From Octopus sinensis (Eukaryota): a stretch of 64,000 bases of DNA. The stretch lies in NCBI RefSeq assembly GCF_006345805.1, contig NC_043014.1, forward strand, positions 3,162,001 to 3,226,000. The letters are read 5' to 3'. The notes under the pieces were generated by a model that did no database searches, was not told where the DNA came from, and saw only the letters and a program-made list of their open reading frames with translations. This document shows, in pieces, positions 51,441 to 64,000 of this stretch (the stretch's first letter is position 1; every line of letters begins with the position of its first letter). The translations under genes were made by a program, and so were the position numbers.

Positions 51441-51689
51441 TATATGTATCAAAAGGATGTGTTATAACATTATTCCACATGTACAAAAACAGGCATACCA
51501 ACATTCCAACATACCTCCATCATAATCTCTCAACAAGTCTTAAGCCTGCTACATGGGAACATTTGTATTTGTATCCACTTTGGTTGTGAATGCACAAAGC
51601 TACATGATCATTCTGATAGTTTAGGGGTTTTTCTACTTGTGCCTGTGACTAGGTCCCTAATTGTAGCTGGGAGTTGAAAAAGGAGTTTC

Positions 51690-52010
51690 AGTGGATATAC
51701 ATAATTCCCTGTTTGAGCTTTCTGAATGGGTAGTCCTTGACCAACTGCAGGTCTATGATTATGTCCAGGAAATTAATCTTTGACACAGTAGTAGTGACCA
51801 TTAAAGATAGGTTGAATTCTTCCTGAATTTGTCTATGGCCTGGCCACTCACATGGATTGAGATTGCCAGGCGGTTGTCCCTATACAGAACCAAGCTACTG
51901 GGATGTGTGTACTTCCTTAGTATATCAAGATAAATAACTTGATGAGGTCAGAAACCTTAGCCCCATCACATTTTCCTATAGATACATCAAACAGTGGGTT
52001 ACTTTCCTTC
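51690..52010 (-). pseudogene. Penelope-like reverse transcriptase remnant
   Basis: LFDVSIGKCDGAKVSDLIKLFI..LYRDN..KINFLDIIIDL..PFRK..MYIH resembles the PLE RT motifs FDVxMGSxDGAExxxLVG / LYRDD / NFLD. Confidence 0.65.
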
Positions 52011-52077
52011 TTCATCCCGTAGGAACCATCATGAACCATAACTGATTTTCTAGCATTCATCATGATTCTGGTATCAA

Positions 52078-52472
52078 GGTCGGTGAGCTAACAGAAACAT
52101 TAGCACGCCAGCCAAAATGCGTATGTTCTGAGTTCAAATTCTGCTGAGGTCGACTTTGCCATTCATCCTTTCGGGGTCGATTAGATAAGTACCAGTTACG
52201 CACTGGGGTCGATATAATCGACTTAATCCATGTGTCTGTCCTTGTTTGTCCTCTCTGTGTTTAGCTCCTTGTGGGTGGTAAAAAAATAGGTATTTCGTCT
52301 GATGTTATGTTCTGAGTTCAAATTCTACCGAGGTCGACTTTGCCTTTCATCCTTTTGGGTCAATAAATTAAGTACCAGTTACGCACTGGGGTCGATGTAA
52401 TGGACTTAATCCCTTTGTCTGTCCTTGTTTGTCCCCTCTGTCTTTAGCCCCTTGTGGGTAGTAAAGAAATAG
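52078..52472 (+). mobile_element. Two tandem, partly duplicated family B SINEs
   Basis: B box, core and tail are repeated twice. Confidence 0.8.
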
Positions 52473-53497
52473 ATATTGAGTAATTGCCAACCAAAATCTT
52501 AAACCTTCAGGAGGAGGGATTTTGATATTGAAGGGTAGAAATCTATGACATCACACTGTGTTATCCTGCAGGCTGGTTTATTTTCAATACTGCAGGACTA
52601 ATGAATTACTGTGGGACTGCAATCCCACTGAATCAACCCCAGGAACCTTCTAATATTGGAATTGATAGCATTGACAATATACTTACTGTGCCTATTTTGT
52701 TCTTAAGGTGGGGGGGGGGTAATCAGCTTTCATTTAAGATTAGACAGAAAATCGGATTTATGATCCTTAAGTGTTATATATGAGGTATGTGGTACATGGC
52801 AAAATGGTTCACATCATCTTCTATTTTTACAAGGGTGATGAGCGTTTTCAGTTCAATGTTCATGTTGCATGTAAAGATATTTCTTTTACACACATACACA
52901 CACACAAACACAAACACACTAACACACACACACTCAGAGATACACATACCCATACATCCTATGTACATCCACTTCTATCAGCCATAGAACCACAGCCAGT
53001 GACGATTGGTTCATCTCCAAGGTATCTGCTGTAAATCCATTAATCTTGTGCATTTGTATAGAGACGCAACATGTCACCACATGTTGCACATAACATCTTT
53101 ATTCATAAGACCTTAAGTGAATAAATTCTGTCTCATACGAAGGAGATCTATGGGCCGTATGTGTGTGTGTGTGTGTGTGTGTGTGCACGTGTGTAGCTAT
53201 ATATATAAATCCATATATACATTTATGCACTATACATTTAATACGTGTGTATGTATATCTATTAATCTAAATACACGCACACACACACACACATGCATGC
53301 ACACACACACACATATATAAATGTATGTGTGTGTGTATTATATGTATATATTTATAAAAGGATACAGACTCACATATATACATACTGACACACTCAACGT
53401 TATGATTACAACCAGATAAGAGGTGTAGAACATTAATATTTTTCTAACCGATGAAATTATTTGTGTTTCAATTCTGAATGCCAGAACTATTATTAAT

Positions 53498-53610
<113 letters not shown>

Positions 53611-53617
53611 ATTATTA

Positions 53618-53677
<60 letters not shown>

Positions 53678-54160
53678 ATTATTATTATCCTTATCAAATA
53701 TCATGTTGAACATGATGATGATAAGTGTTGCAATTATCGTCATCATCACCGTTATCGTCCTTATCAGCATTGTCATCATCATCGCTTTTGGCCTCTCATC
53801 AGTGGTCTTCATGACAAACAAAAGAAATCATTATCATCTTCATCATCATCATCATCATCATCACTATCAACAACATCACCACAACCGCCATCATCGTCAT
53901 CATCATCCTCCTCTTCTTCTTCCTCCTCCTCCTCATCGTCATCATTATCATCATCGTCATCATCATAATCACCACCATCACCGCCGCCGCCGCCACCACC
54001 ACAACCACCACCACCACAACCACCACCACCACCACCATCACTACCACCACCACCACCACCACCACCACCACAACCACAACCACCACCACCGCCATGTGCT
54101 CACTGTGACAACCTGATTGCCATTGCCAAACTGGGAAATAAATGGAAAATTCTGAACTCT

Positions 54161-54216
<56 letters not shown>

Positions 54217-54288
54217 CTCTCTTTCTCTCTCTCTCTGTTTATCTTTCTCGCTTCTCTTTTATTTTTTCTCTCTCTTCCCATATTTTTT

Positions 54289-54388
54289 NNNNNNNNNNNN
54301 NNNNNNNNNNNNNNNNNNNNNNNNNNNNNNNNNNNNNNNNNNNNNNNNNNNNNNNNNNNNNNNNNNNNNNNNNNNNNNNNNNNNNNNN
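54289..54388. other. Assembly gap (100 N)
   Basis: Run of N. Confidence 1.
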
Positions 54389-54481
54389 GCATGTGTGTGT
54401 GTATGTGTGTGTGTGCGTGTGTGTGTGTGTTGTGTGTGTGTGTGTGTGTGGCGCGTGTGTGTGTGTGTGTGCGTGTGTGTG

Positions 54482-54514
<33 letters not shown>

Positions 54515-56204
54515 TGTTGTTGTTGTTGTTGTTTGTTCCTTCTCGAGCCATGCCTGGTTCATAGGGCCGGTTTCCCAGTTTCATTGGCGTAGAAATTCCC
54601 CACCTAGACGGGACGCCAGTCCATTGCAGCGTTACTCATTTTTGCCAGCTGAGTGGATTGGAGAAAGGTGAAAATGAAGTGTTTTGCTCAAGAACACAAT
54701 GCATCCCACCTGGACAGGACACCGGTCCATCGCAGATGAGCTGCAAGTTGCAGGTGGAAAGAGTGAGAGATAGTTGTGGCAAAAGAGTCAGCAGAAGTTT
54801 GCCATTACCTTCTGCCAGAGCCACATGGAGCTTAGGTGTTTCGCTCATAAACAGACACATCGCCCGGTCTGAGATTCGAACCCACAATCCCTCGACCAAA
54901 GGTCTTGGTTTTCTTACTTTTCGTTTCTTTCATCCTGTTCCACTTCTAGCACCAACCTTCTTCCCATTTATTTTCTTCTCATTTTTTCTCATAGACCAGT
55001 GTCCTAGCTTTTTGAATGCATCTAGGGATATGCACTAAACCTGAAAGACTGCTTAGACATACATGGGCTGTTATATAAATTCAGCCAAATTATTGTATCA
55101 CTAAAGCATGAAACTGTTAGTAGCTCTTTTGAAAATTATATATCTTAATATATATATATATTTACATATCATCATCATTGTTTAATGTCTGCTTTCCATG
55201 CTAGCATGAATTGGACAGTTTGACTGAGGACTGGCAAGCCAGAAGGCTGCACCAGGCTCCATTCTGATCTGGCAATGTTTCTACAGCTGGATGCCCTTCC
55301 TAACATCAACCACTCCAAGAGTGTAGTAGGTGATTTTACATGTACAGGTGGTACTGGCCACAACCATGCTCAAATGGTGCCTTTTACGTGCCACTGGCAT
55401 GAGACCAGTCATCATCATCATCATTCTCCTCTTCTGTTCTCTTCCTCCTCATCATCACCATGCCCCTCCTGCTTCTCCTCTTCCTCACCCCCATCCCCTC
55501 CTTCTGCTCCTCTTCCTCATCTCCTCCTCCTCATCCTCCTCTTTGTCATCACCATCATCACCATCATCACCATCATCATCATTATTGTTGTTATCGTTAT
55601 CTTATCATTATTGTTATTGCTGCTGTCGTCATCATCATCAACCATGACTATATTTCTATCAAACTGTTGACCCTCGTATCCCATCCAACCTCACAAATTC
55701 ACTTCCCCTTCCACCCTTACCCCGTATTCACCCATCTCTTCTTCCCCTGCATACACCCCCCCGACACACACACAGAGTCACATGTGCCATTTCAAGTGTA
55801 CATACACAAAACTTACAAAAATTAAAAGCCAAAAAGATGAGTCTTGAGAATTGTGCTTCTTCTTCTTCTTCATCATCATCATCATCATCATCATCTATTT
55901 CATTAAATCTAATTATTTCACTAAATATAATTATTTATAAAACAATTAATGAAGTTTTAAAAAGAAAATATATTGCAATAAGGGCCCCACCCACTGTATT
56001 GTTTTTAACACTTTTTTCCCCAAAATTTCTTCAGATCTCTGTTTATATGCACTTGTAATTACTTTGAACAATTAATTACTAATTTAGATAAAGAAATAAA
56101 AATAGGGTGTTTCTAAAATGCACAATTAGATGAAAAGAGAGACTTTAAATAATATGAAATTAATAAAGATATATTCCAGTAGAATGGTCTTTTTTTAAAT
56201 GATT

Positions 56205-56760
56205 CAGGTCATGCTGAGCCCTTCAGAAGGTCACACCAGACCCTCTTGAAGGTCACACTGAGCCCTTCAGAACACCATATCAAACCCTTCAGAAGGTCAA
56301 GTTGAGTCCTTCAGAATACCACATGAAACCCTTCAGGTCACACCAGACCTTCCAGAAGGGCATACTGAGCCCTTTAGAAAGTCACACCAAACCCTTCAGG
56401 TCACACCTGACCCTCCAGAATTTCATACTGAACTCTTTAGAAGACCACACCAAACCCTTCAGAAGGTCACACTTAACCCTTAGAAAGCCTAACATGTTCC
56501 TTCAGAAGTCCATTCTGAATCATCCAGAGGACCTTACTTATTCTGCTCTCAGCTACCCAGTCCTTTGGAGCACTGCCCTTCTTCTGTACTCGTCTACTCA
56601 ATCCTATGAAGAACTGACTTTGTTTCATCTCAGTTACCCTGCCATATGGAGCAATGTTCTTTTCTGCTTTCTAGTATCCTACTCTACAGGGCACTGCCCT
56701 TGTCTACTATCAGCTACTTAACCCTATATAGAGCACTGCCCTTGCACGCTCTCTGCTACC
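56205..56760. repeat. Degenerate short-unit tandem repeats (GGTCACAC..CCCTTCAGAA; CAGCTACCC..GAGCACTGCCCTT)
   Basis: Recurrent motifs. Confidence 0.65.
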
Positions 56761-57086
56761 ATAGACCATGTATGATGTGGACTACTAAGCCCCACTGAAC
56801 ACAGCCCTTGAGTATTGTCTACAAGCCAAACCCCTGCTGGTCAAAAGACTGTGCAGACTTCGATGGAAAGGCAAAGAGTTTTTTTTATTTTTTTATTTTT
56901 ATTTTATCTAGTTTCAGCTCATGAGCTGTGGCCATGCTGGGGCACCGCCAGTTGTGCGGAGATGTGGAGAAACTGCTGTAAGACCACTTTGCTTGCTTTA
57001 AAGAAACAAACAAAAGACAAAAACAAGAAGACCATAATAAATCACCCACCGTCCACAATAACCACAAGAGAAAGAAAGAGGGAGAA

Positions 57087-57123
<37 letters not shown>

Positions 57124-57137
57124 GGAGAGAGAGAGAG

Positions 57138-57170
<33 letters not shown>

Positions 57171-58128
57171 GGGAGAGAGGGAGAGGGAGAGAGAGGGAGA
57201 GAGAGAGAGAGAGGGGAGGAGAGAGAGAGGGAGAGAGAGAGAGAGGGGGAGGGGGGGAACAGTTTGGTTACTTGGTTGTCTTTGCCAAATAGAAACCACA
57301 GTAAAATTTTTCATAATGGACTTGGTTGAAAGCCAAATCAGCAATTAAGTTTATAATTTTTCCGACTATTAACCTCATATTTTAAATATATACTTAGATA
57401 CGTATACACACTTTAAATATATTTAGAAATGTGGAGTCACCTGGTCTAGTGGTCAGGGTGGTCATTTTGTGGTCATCACATCATAAGTTTAATCTTTGGA
57501 CCTTGAACAAGGTTCTTCATTTCACTTTAGTCTAGGCTACTCAACGGAACATGAGTGCCTGCTGAGTACCATTATGGACCTCTCTGCAGATGTTACATCT
57601 TCAATATTCTTCTGAGTTGAGGACAGCAGGGTCGAAAAAGTGACAATGTCGGTTAATGACTACACAGGCACCTGAAACAATGAGTGAAAGAATGGTATCA
57701 AGTTATACTGACAATCTACTTCTTGGGTTCAGTTCTTGGCCAAGTTTCTTTACATGGATTGATTTCTCTTAGACAGGACATGCATACTCCATAGAGAAAT
57801 AGCACAAGGCCAGACCAGTAGGTCTTAATGTGTGTGCTGTGACTCTCCATTTGCTTGTGATGATCATGGTTCTTTTTATATTTAGTGAGACATGGCTCAG
57901 TGATTATATATTTATATAGGTAGATAGATATACACACATATATACATGTATGTATTTATATATCTATACATATATATATATATTTATGTATATATATGTG
58001 TATATATATATATATATATATAATATATATATATATAAAAAAGATGACCATCCCGAAATATAACAATATCTCTTTCAACACACAATTTGATATAAGGAAT
58101 CTTGCTAAACAAATACATAAACATTTTA

Positions 58129-60412
58129 TATTGGAAGGACTGGAAGAACGGTGGTAGCAGGGAAGTGTATCAGACTGCAAGAAGGGAAGCTAGGAGGCAG
58201 GTGTATTTAGCCAGAGGGGAAGCAGATAAGAAAAATTTGCCAATGTCCTGCGCCGTGGGGATGAAAGACTTGAGGTATTTTGTATAGCAAGACAGTGTGT
58301 GAGAGAGAATCGTGACGTGGTAGGAGAAAAATGTGTTCGCACAGATGACGGCTCACTTGCGTTAAATGAGGATGCAAAGAGAGAGGTTTGGAGACGCCAC
58401 TATGAAAGGTTGCTGAATGAGGAAAATGAATGGGATAAAGAGAGTCTGCCGAATGTTGACCCAACAGAGGGACCAGCAATCCGAGTTGACAGTTCCGTAG
58501 TAGTTAAAGCAATTACAAGCATGAAAACAGGGAAAGCCCCAGGCCCATCAGGAATTACTGCAGAGATGCTCAAAATATCTGGTAGTGTCGGCTATAGCCT
58601 AGTCACCCGTATAGTTAACCAGGTGATACACGAAGGAGTCATACCCAATGACTGGTGTAGCAGCATAATAGTCAACTGCTACAAAGGTAAAGGTGACACC
58701 CTAGATACAAATAACTACAGGGGTATCAAGCTGCTGCATCAGGTAATGAAGGTTACGGAGAGGGTTATAGCCCAACTAATTAGAGAGAGAATTAGCTTAG
58801 ACCAGATGCAGTTTGGGTTCGTGCCAGGGAAAAGTACTACTGATGCTATCTTCCTGGTAAGACAGCTGCAGGAGAAATACCTAGCCAAAGACAAGCCCCT
58901 GTACCTGACTTTTGTTGACATGGAGAAAGCCTTCAACAGGGTCCCCCAATCCCTCATCTGGTGGTCAATGAGGAAACTAGGGATAGATGAATGGTTAGTG
59001 AGAGCTGTACAAGCCATGTACAGAGACGCTGCTAGTAAGGTGAGGGTTGGCATCGAGTACAGTGAAGAATTCAGGGTAGAGGTTGGGGTCCACCAAGGTT
59101 CAGTTCTCAGTCCCCTCCTATTTATCATAGTCCTCCAGGCAATAACGGAGGAATTCAAGACAGGATGCTCCTAGGAGCTCCTCTATGCTGATGACCTTGC
59201 TCTAATTGCTGAGTCTCTATCAGAACTGGAGGAGAAGTTTCAGGTGTGGAAGCAAGGTTTAGAATCGAAGGGCCTTAGGATCAACCTAGCCAAAACCAAA
59301 GTCCTAATAAGTAGGAAGGTAGACCAATCACAAACGCCTTCAGGTAGATGGCCCTGCTCGATCTGTAGAAAAGGCGTAGGTAGAAACTTTATAAGATGCA
59401 CCAAATGTAAACTATGGACACATAAGAGATGTAGTAATGTCAAAGGAAGACTAACTAGGAAAATAGTTTTTATCTGTGGCAGATGCTCAGGAGCAATAAA
59501 CTCTGAAAATATGCAGAGACCAACTTCTATCACGTTCCAGGGAGAAAAACTAGAAGTAGTTGATAGCTTCCGCTACCTAGGTGACCAAGTCAGTAGCGGG
59601 GGCGGGTGTGCTGAAAGTGTAACTGCTAGAGTAAGAATAGCCCGGGCAAAGTTTAGAGAGCTCTTACACCTGCTGGTGACAAAAGGCCTCTCGCTCAAAG
59701 TAAAAGGCAGACTGTATGGTGCATGTGTACGTACAGCCATGCTACATGGTAGTGAAACTTGGGCTGTGACTGCTGAGGATTTGCGTAAGCTCGCAAGAAA
59801 TTAAGCTAGTATGCTTCGATGGATGTGTAATGTCAGTGTTCATAATCAACAGAGTGTAAGTACCTTGAGAGAAAAGTTGGACCTAAGAAGCATCAGTTGT
59901 TGTGTGCAAACCAAATCAAATCAGATATCAGAAAGCAGAACCAAAATTGAGGTCGATCAACATCAGTGGAAATTGCAGCTGTGGTTAAGCGAACCATCCG
60001 ATCGTGGTCGTTGCCGGCGCCACCCTGTCTGGCCTCCATGCCGGTGGGACGTAAAAGCACCATCCATTCGTGTCCGCTGCTAGCCTCGCCTGGCCCCGTG
60101 CCAGTGGCATGTAAAAGCACCATCTGCTCGTGTCCGTTGCCAGCCTCGCGTGGCCCCCGTGCCGGTGGCACGTAAAAGCACTATCCGTTCGTGGCCGTTT
60201 GCCAGCTCCGTCTGGCACCTGTGCGGGTGGCATGTAAAAAGCACCCACTACACTCACGGAGTGGTTGGCGTTAGGAAGGGCATCCAGCCGTAGAAACACT
60301 GCCAGATCTGACTGGGCCTGATGAAGCCTTCCGGCTTCACAGACCCCAGTTGAACCGTCCAACCCATGCTAGCATGGAAAGCAGACGCTAAATGATGATG
60401 ATGATGATGATG
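58129..60412 (+). mobile_element. 5'-truncated, disabled RTE-clade LINE (RT ORF about 58130-59908, internal deletion, 3' region with 60-bp units, (GAT)n tail)
   Basis: GKAPGPSGI, NYRGIKLL, QFGF, FVDMEKAFNRV, GVHQGSVLSPLLF, LLYADDL, FRYLG; frameshift at about 58235, stops at 59172 and 59802. Confidence 0.92.
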
Positions 60413-60790
60413 TATATATATGTATATGTATATATCACGTGATCACGTGACCAACCAGGCTATCAGATCTTGTTACACAACGCTGGTCACAATGCGCTTC
60501 GCATTGTTTTAGCCTTCAAATGACGCCACCCCACTGGCTAAGTGAGCAGGCCAACAGAAGTGAGAGAAAGTTGTGGCAAAAGAGTACAGCAGGAATCGCC
60601 ACCACCCCCTGCCGGAGCCTCGTGGAGCTTTAGGTGTTTTCGCTCAATAAACACTCACAACGCCCGGTCTTGGGATCGAAACCGCGATCCTACGACTGCG
60701 AGTCCGCTGCCCTAACCACTGGGTCATTGCGCCTCACATATATTTATATATACATATATATATATATATACATATATATATTATATATAT

Positions 60791-60857
<67 letters not shown>

Positions 60858-60929
60858 GATAGTTGATGTTTTATTGATTTAAGTATGTTTCTCCATTTTC
60901 TAATTTTGTATATATATATATATATATAC

Positions 60930-61318
60930 TCTTTACTATTTTACCTGTTTCAGTCATTTGACTGTGGCCATGCTGGAGCACCGCCTTTAGTCAAGCAAAT
61001 CGACCCCGGGACTTATTCTTTGTAAGCCCAGTACTTATTCTATCGGTCTCTTTTGCCGAACCGCTAAGTGATGGGGACGTAAACACACCAGCATCAGTTG
61101 TCAAGCAATGCTAGGGGGACAAACACAGACACACAAACACACACACATATATATACATATATACGACAGGCTTCTTTCAGTTTCCGTCTACCAAATCCAC
61201 TCACAAGGCATTGGTCGGCCCGAGGCTATAGTAGAAGACACTTGCCCAAGGTGCCATGCAGTGGGACTGAACCCAGAACCATGTGGTTGGTAAACAAGCT
61301 ACTTACCACACAGCCACT
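60930..61318 (-). mobile_element. SINE family A
   Basis: Family match. Confidence 0.9.
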
Positions 61319-61455
61319 CATATATATATATACATACACATACACATACATTAAGGTTTGTTTTTATATCAAGGTGTAATAATAATTTTACTGGAGGATT
61401 ACTCCATACTTTTTGTAGAGTATATATTTATCATTCTTTTACAAGAATAGTGTTG

Positions 61456-61500
61456 ATAGTGACTTCGCAGTTTCAGCCTGATTAGTCTTCATTGAATTAT
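61456..61500 (-). ncRNA. Degenerate hammerhead-like motif at the end of a ~190 bp inverted repeat
   Basis: ATAAT-TCAATGA-AGACT AATC AGGCT-GAAA-CT GCGA AG-TC-ACTAT; the core CTGA has decayed. Confidence 0.4.
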
Positions 61501-61957
61501 GGTACAGTCGAGTTCATCTTAGCTTTATGTAACATCTCTGTTAAGTTTTAACTTTCTGGAGGTATGTGGAGCTGTGTTGAATCATAATTATGTTGTGATG
61601 GAAAGGTATAATGGAAGACTTTTATTGATTAAATTTGGAGTTGTGTTATTGTTCAGGATTCACTCATGCATGTAGAACTTTGTTATCAGGTGTGTCTAAT
61701 TTAACAAAGTTCTACACGCATGGATGGATTCTGAACAATAACACAACACCAAATTTAATCAATAAAAATCTTTCATAACACCTTTCCATCACAACCTCAC
61801 CTACAATCTGACTATCTTTCAACAGAGCCTCCCCCTCTACCCCCAGGAAGTTTTCACTTAACAGAGACTATGTAAAACGAAGATGAACTGAAATGTACCA
61901 AAGTTTGCTGAAGGCTAATGAGGCCAAAATTTCGAAGTCCCATACATATACTCCATA

Positions 61958-62205
61958 GGCGCAGGAGTGGTTGTGTGGTAAGTAGCTTGCTAACCAACCA
62001 CATGGTTCCAGGTTCAGTCCCACTGCATAGCACTTTGGGTAAGTGTCTTCTACTATAGCCTCGGGCCGACCAAAGCCTTGTGAGTGGATTTGGTAGGCGG
62101 AAACTGAAAGAAGCCCGTCGTATATATGTATATATGTACATATATATATGCAGGCGTGTGTTTGTGTGTCTGTGTTTGTCCCCTAGCATTGCTTGACAAC
62201 CGATG
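61958..62205 (+). mobile_element. SINE family A, 3'-truncated into (GAT)n
   Basis: Family match. Confidence 0.85.
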
Positions 62206-62244
62206 ACAATGATGAGGATGATGATGATGATGGTGACGACAACA

Positions 62245-62276
<32 letters not shown>

Positions 62277-62406
62277 GGTGGTGGTGATGATGATGATGGT
62301 GATGATGATGACAGTGATGATGAGGAGGACGATGAGGACGATGATGATGATGATGATGAAAATGACGGTGGTGATGATGATGATTGTGATGCTGGTGACG
62401 ATTATC

Positions 62407-62444
<38 letters not shown>

Positions 62445-63045
62445 CTTGATGATAATGGTGCTTGTGCTTGTGCAGGTGGTGGTGGTGGAGGCGATGATGA
62501 TACTGATGACGATTTTAATGTAACCGATGACAACAGCAGTGGTGACGGTCAGTGAACTGCAGCCATGCTGGAACAAGGCCTTGGAGGGTCTGGTTGATCA
62601 AATTGCCCCAGGGTTTATTTCATATCTAGCTCTCATTCTCTCAATCGCTTTTTGCTGATCTGCTAAGTTACACAAGCAGTGACAGAGAAATATGAGAGCA
62701 TTTACGTGCCCTTACACACACACACACACACATGCCTCTGTGTGTGGGGTGTGGGTGTGTGGGTTTGGATCAGACTGTGTTTATGCATGTGGGTGTGTGT
62801 CTTTGTGTCTGTGTGCGGGCATGTGTATGTATGTGTGTGTTTGTGTGTGTGTGTGTGTGCCTGTGTGTGTATGTGTTTGTGTGTGTTTGTGTGTGTTCGT
62901 GTGTGTGTGTGTGTGAGTGCCTGTGTGTATGTATCTCTGTTTAAATGTGTTACCACAATGTTTGAATATGGTTATATATATATATATATGGTTTTATATG
63001 TATGTGTGTGTCTACACTTGCACACAAACACACACACACACACAC

Positions 63046-63082
<37 letters not shown>

Positions 63083-63083
<1 letters not shown>

Positions 63084-63299
63084 AGGGGCTGCTGTGAAGT
63101 TCCAGGCTTCAGGTAAAAGAAAATACAGGAGGATCAATTAATTAAGGTTTCATTAAACATATTCCCCCTCTCAGATTCACACACTAATTATAGCGGTCCT
63201 TCAGGTTTTCTAAGCCCTGTAAAAGAACCCGGAAGGTTAGGTCTCCAACCAGGCCTTTCATGATACCCTTAAAGCCTTGAACTTTCCAGCAACCCCTCA
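63083..63299. mobile_element. Mariner-like MITE
   Basis: Imperfect ~26 bp TIRs AGGGGCTGCTGTGAAGTTCCAGGCTT / AAGCCTTGAACTTTCCAGCAACCCCT, with TA flanks. Confidence 0.6.
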
Positions 63300-63462
63300 T
63301 ATGTATTGAGAACAATTTTTCTTAGTGGTCAGACCATATGGGGTCTACATTTAGCATATTAGGAGTCCACCTAGTGGTTATTCCTCTTATTTGTACCTCG
63401 TGTGTACCGTTGGCGATTTTTTTTCCTCTGTCTTCCCTTCTCTGGATCTTTCCTTTTCCTAT

Positions 63463-63497
63463 GTTTCTGACGAAGAGTTCCGCTCGAAACGTTAAAC
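63463..63497 (+). ncRNA. Neptune-type minimal type I hammerhead ribozyme, intact core
   Basis: GTTT-CTGACGA-A-GAGT TCC GCTC-GAAA-CG-TT-AAAC; palindromic ACGT stem III. Confidence 0.65.
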
Positions 63498-63771
63498 CCT
63501 CCTTCTTCCCTTCTTTCCTGAGTGTCCAATAATACTTTATTTGTTCCACGTCCTCGTGTTGTGTTTTTTTGTGCTTTCTTGTTTGGATTAACTTTATATA
63601 TATATATATATATGAAAGAATGGAGTTGAACGACGAATTAACAAAATTCCTTTATTTTCGAAATATGTTTTGAAGGCTGCATATTCCTAGTTGTGTCTTC
63701 TCTGATGTGAATTTGCTACCCAGGTATTGGTTAACCGAATTATCCATAACAAGATAATTCATTCAACTACT

Positions 63772-63820
<49 letters not shown>

Positions 63821-64000
63821 GTACATACAAAAAAGAGGAATGACCAGTAGGTGGACTCCTAATATGCTAAATGTAGACCCCATATGTATCTTGCTCACTT
63901 TACATTCTGGCTTTTGCTGAATTTTCTTGAGAACAATTTTTTCTTAGTGGTCAGACCATATGGGGTCTACATTTAGCATATTAAGAGTCCACCTAGTGGT

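Noticed and set aside
58299-59804. Active, intact RT gene
   Set aside because: It has a frameshift, two in-frame stops, no endonuclease domain and an internal 3' deletion
60318-60345. CTGATGA-AGCC TTCC GGCT hairpin
   Set aside because: No GAAA follows; other copies read CTGGTGCAGCC, so this is a chance mutation

Overview
This is a gene-poor, AT-rich eukaryotic window saturated with microsatellites. The SINE/LINE repertoire suggests an octopus or other coleoid cephalopod genome, which is an inference. Almost all listed ORFs are simple-repeat artefacts. Recognisable content: a 5'-truncated, disabled RTE LINE (58129-60412) plus RTE, CR1, R4/Dong-like and Penelope-like (PLE) coding remnants; several tRNA-derived SINE families; two non-autonomous Helitrons; a mariner remnant and a mariner-like MITE; a tRNA-Asp(GTC) copy that is probably a pseudogene; a 100-N gap; and a possible first exon encoding a signal peptide (minus strand, 10945-10998) with a CRE site upstream. 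The most notable hidden signal is a dense set of about nine type-I hammerhead ribozyme (HHR) motifs, plus half motifs, from several distinct families. They lie in short elements, mostly embedded in (TA)n tracts, and include one motif with an intact core and GUC triplet at 16444-16525. Many short fold-back inverted duplications accompany them, which points to a diverse non-autonomous Penelope-like or retrozyme-like system.
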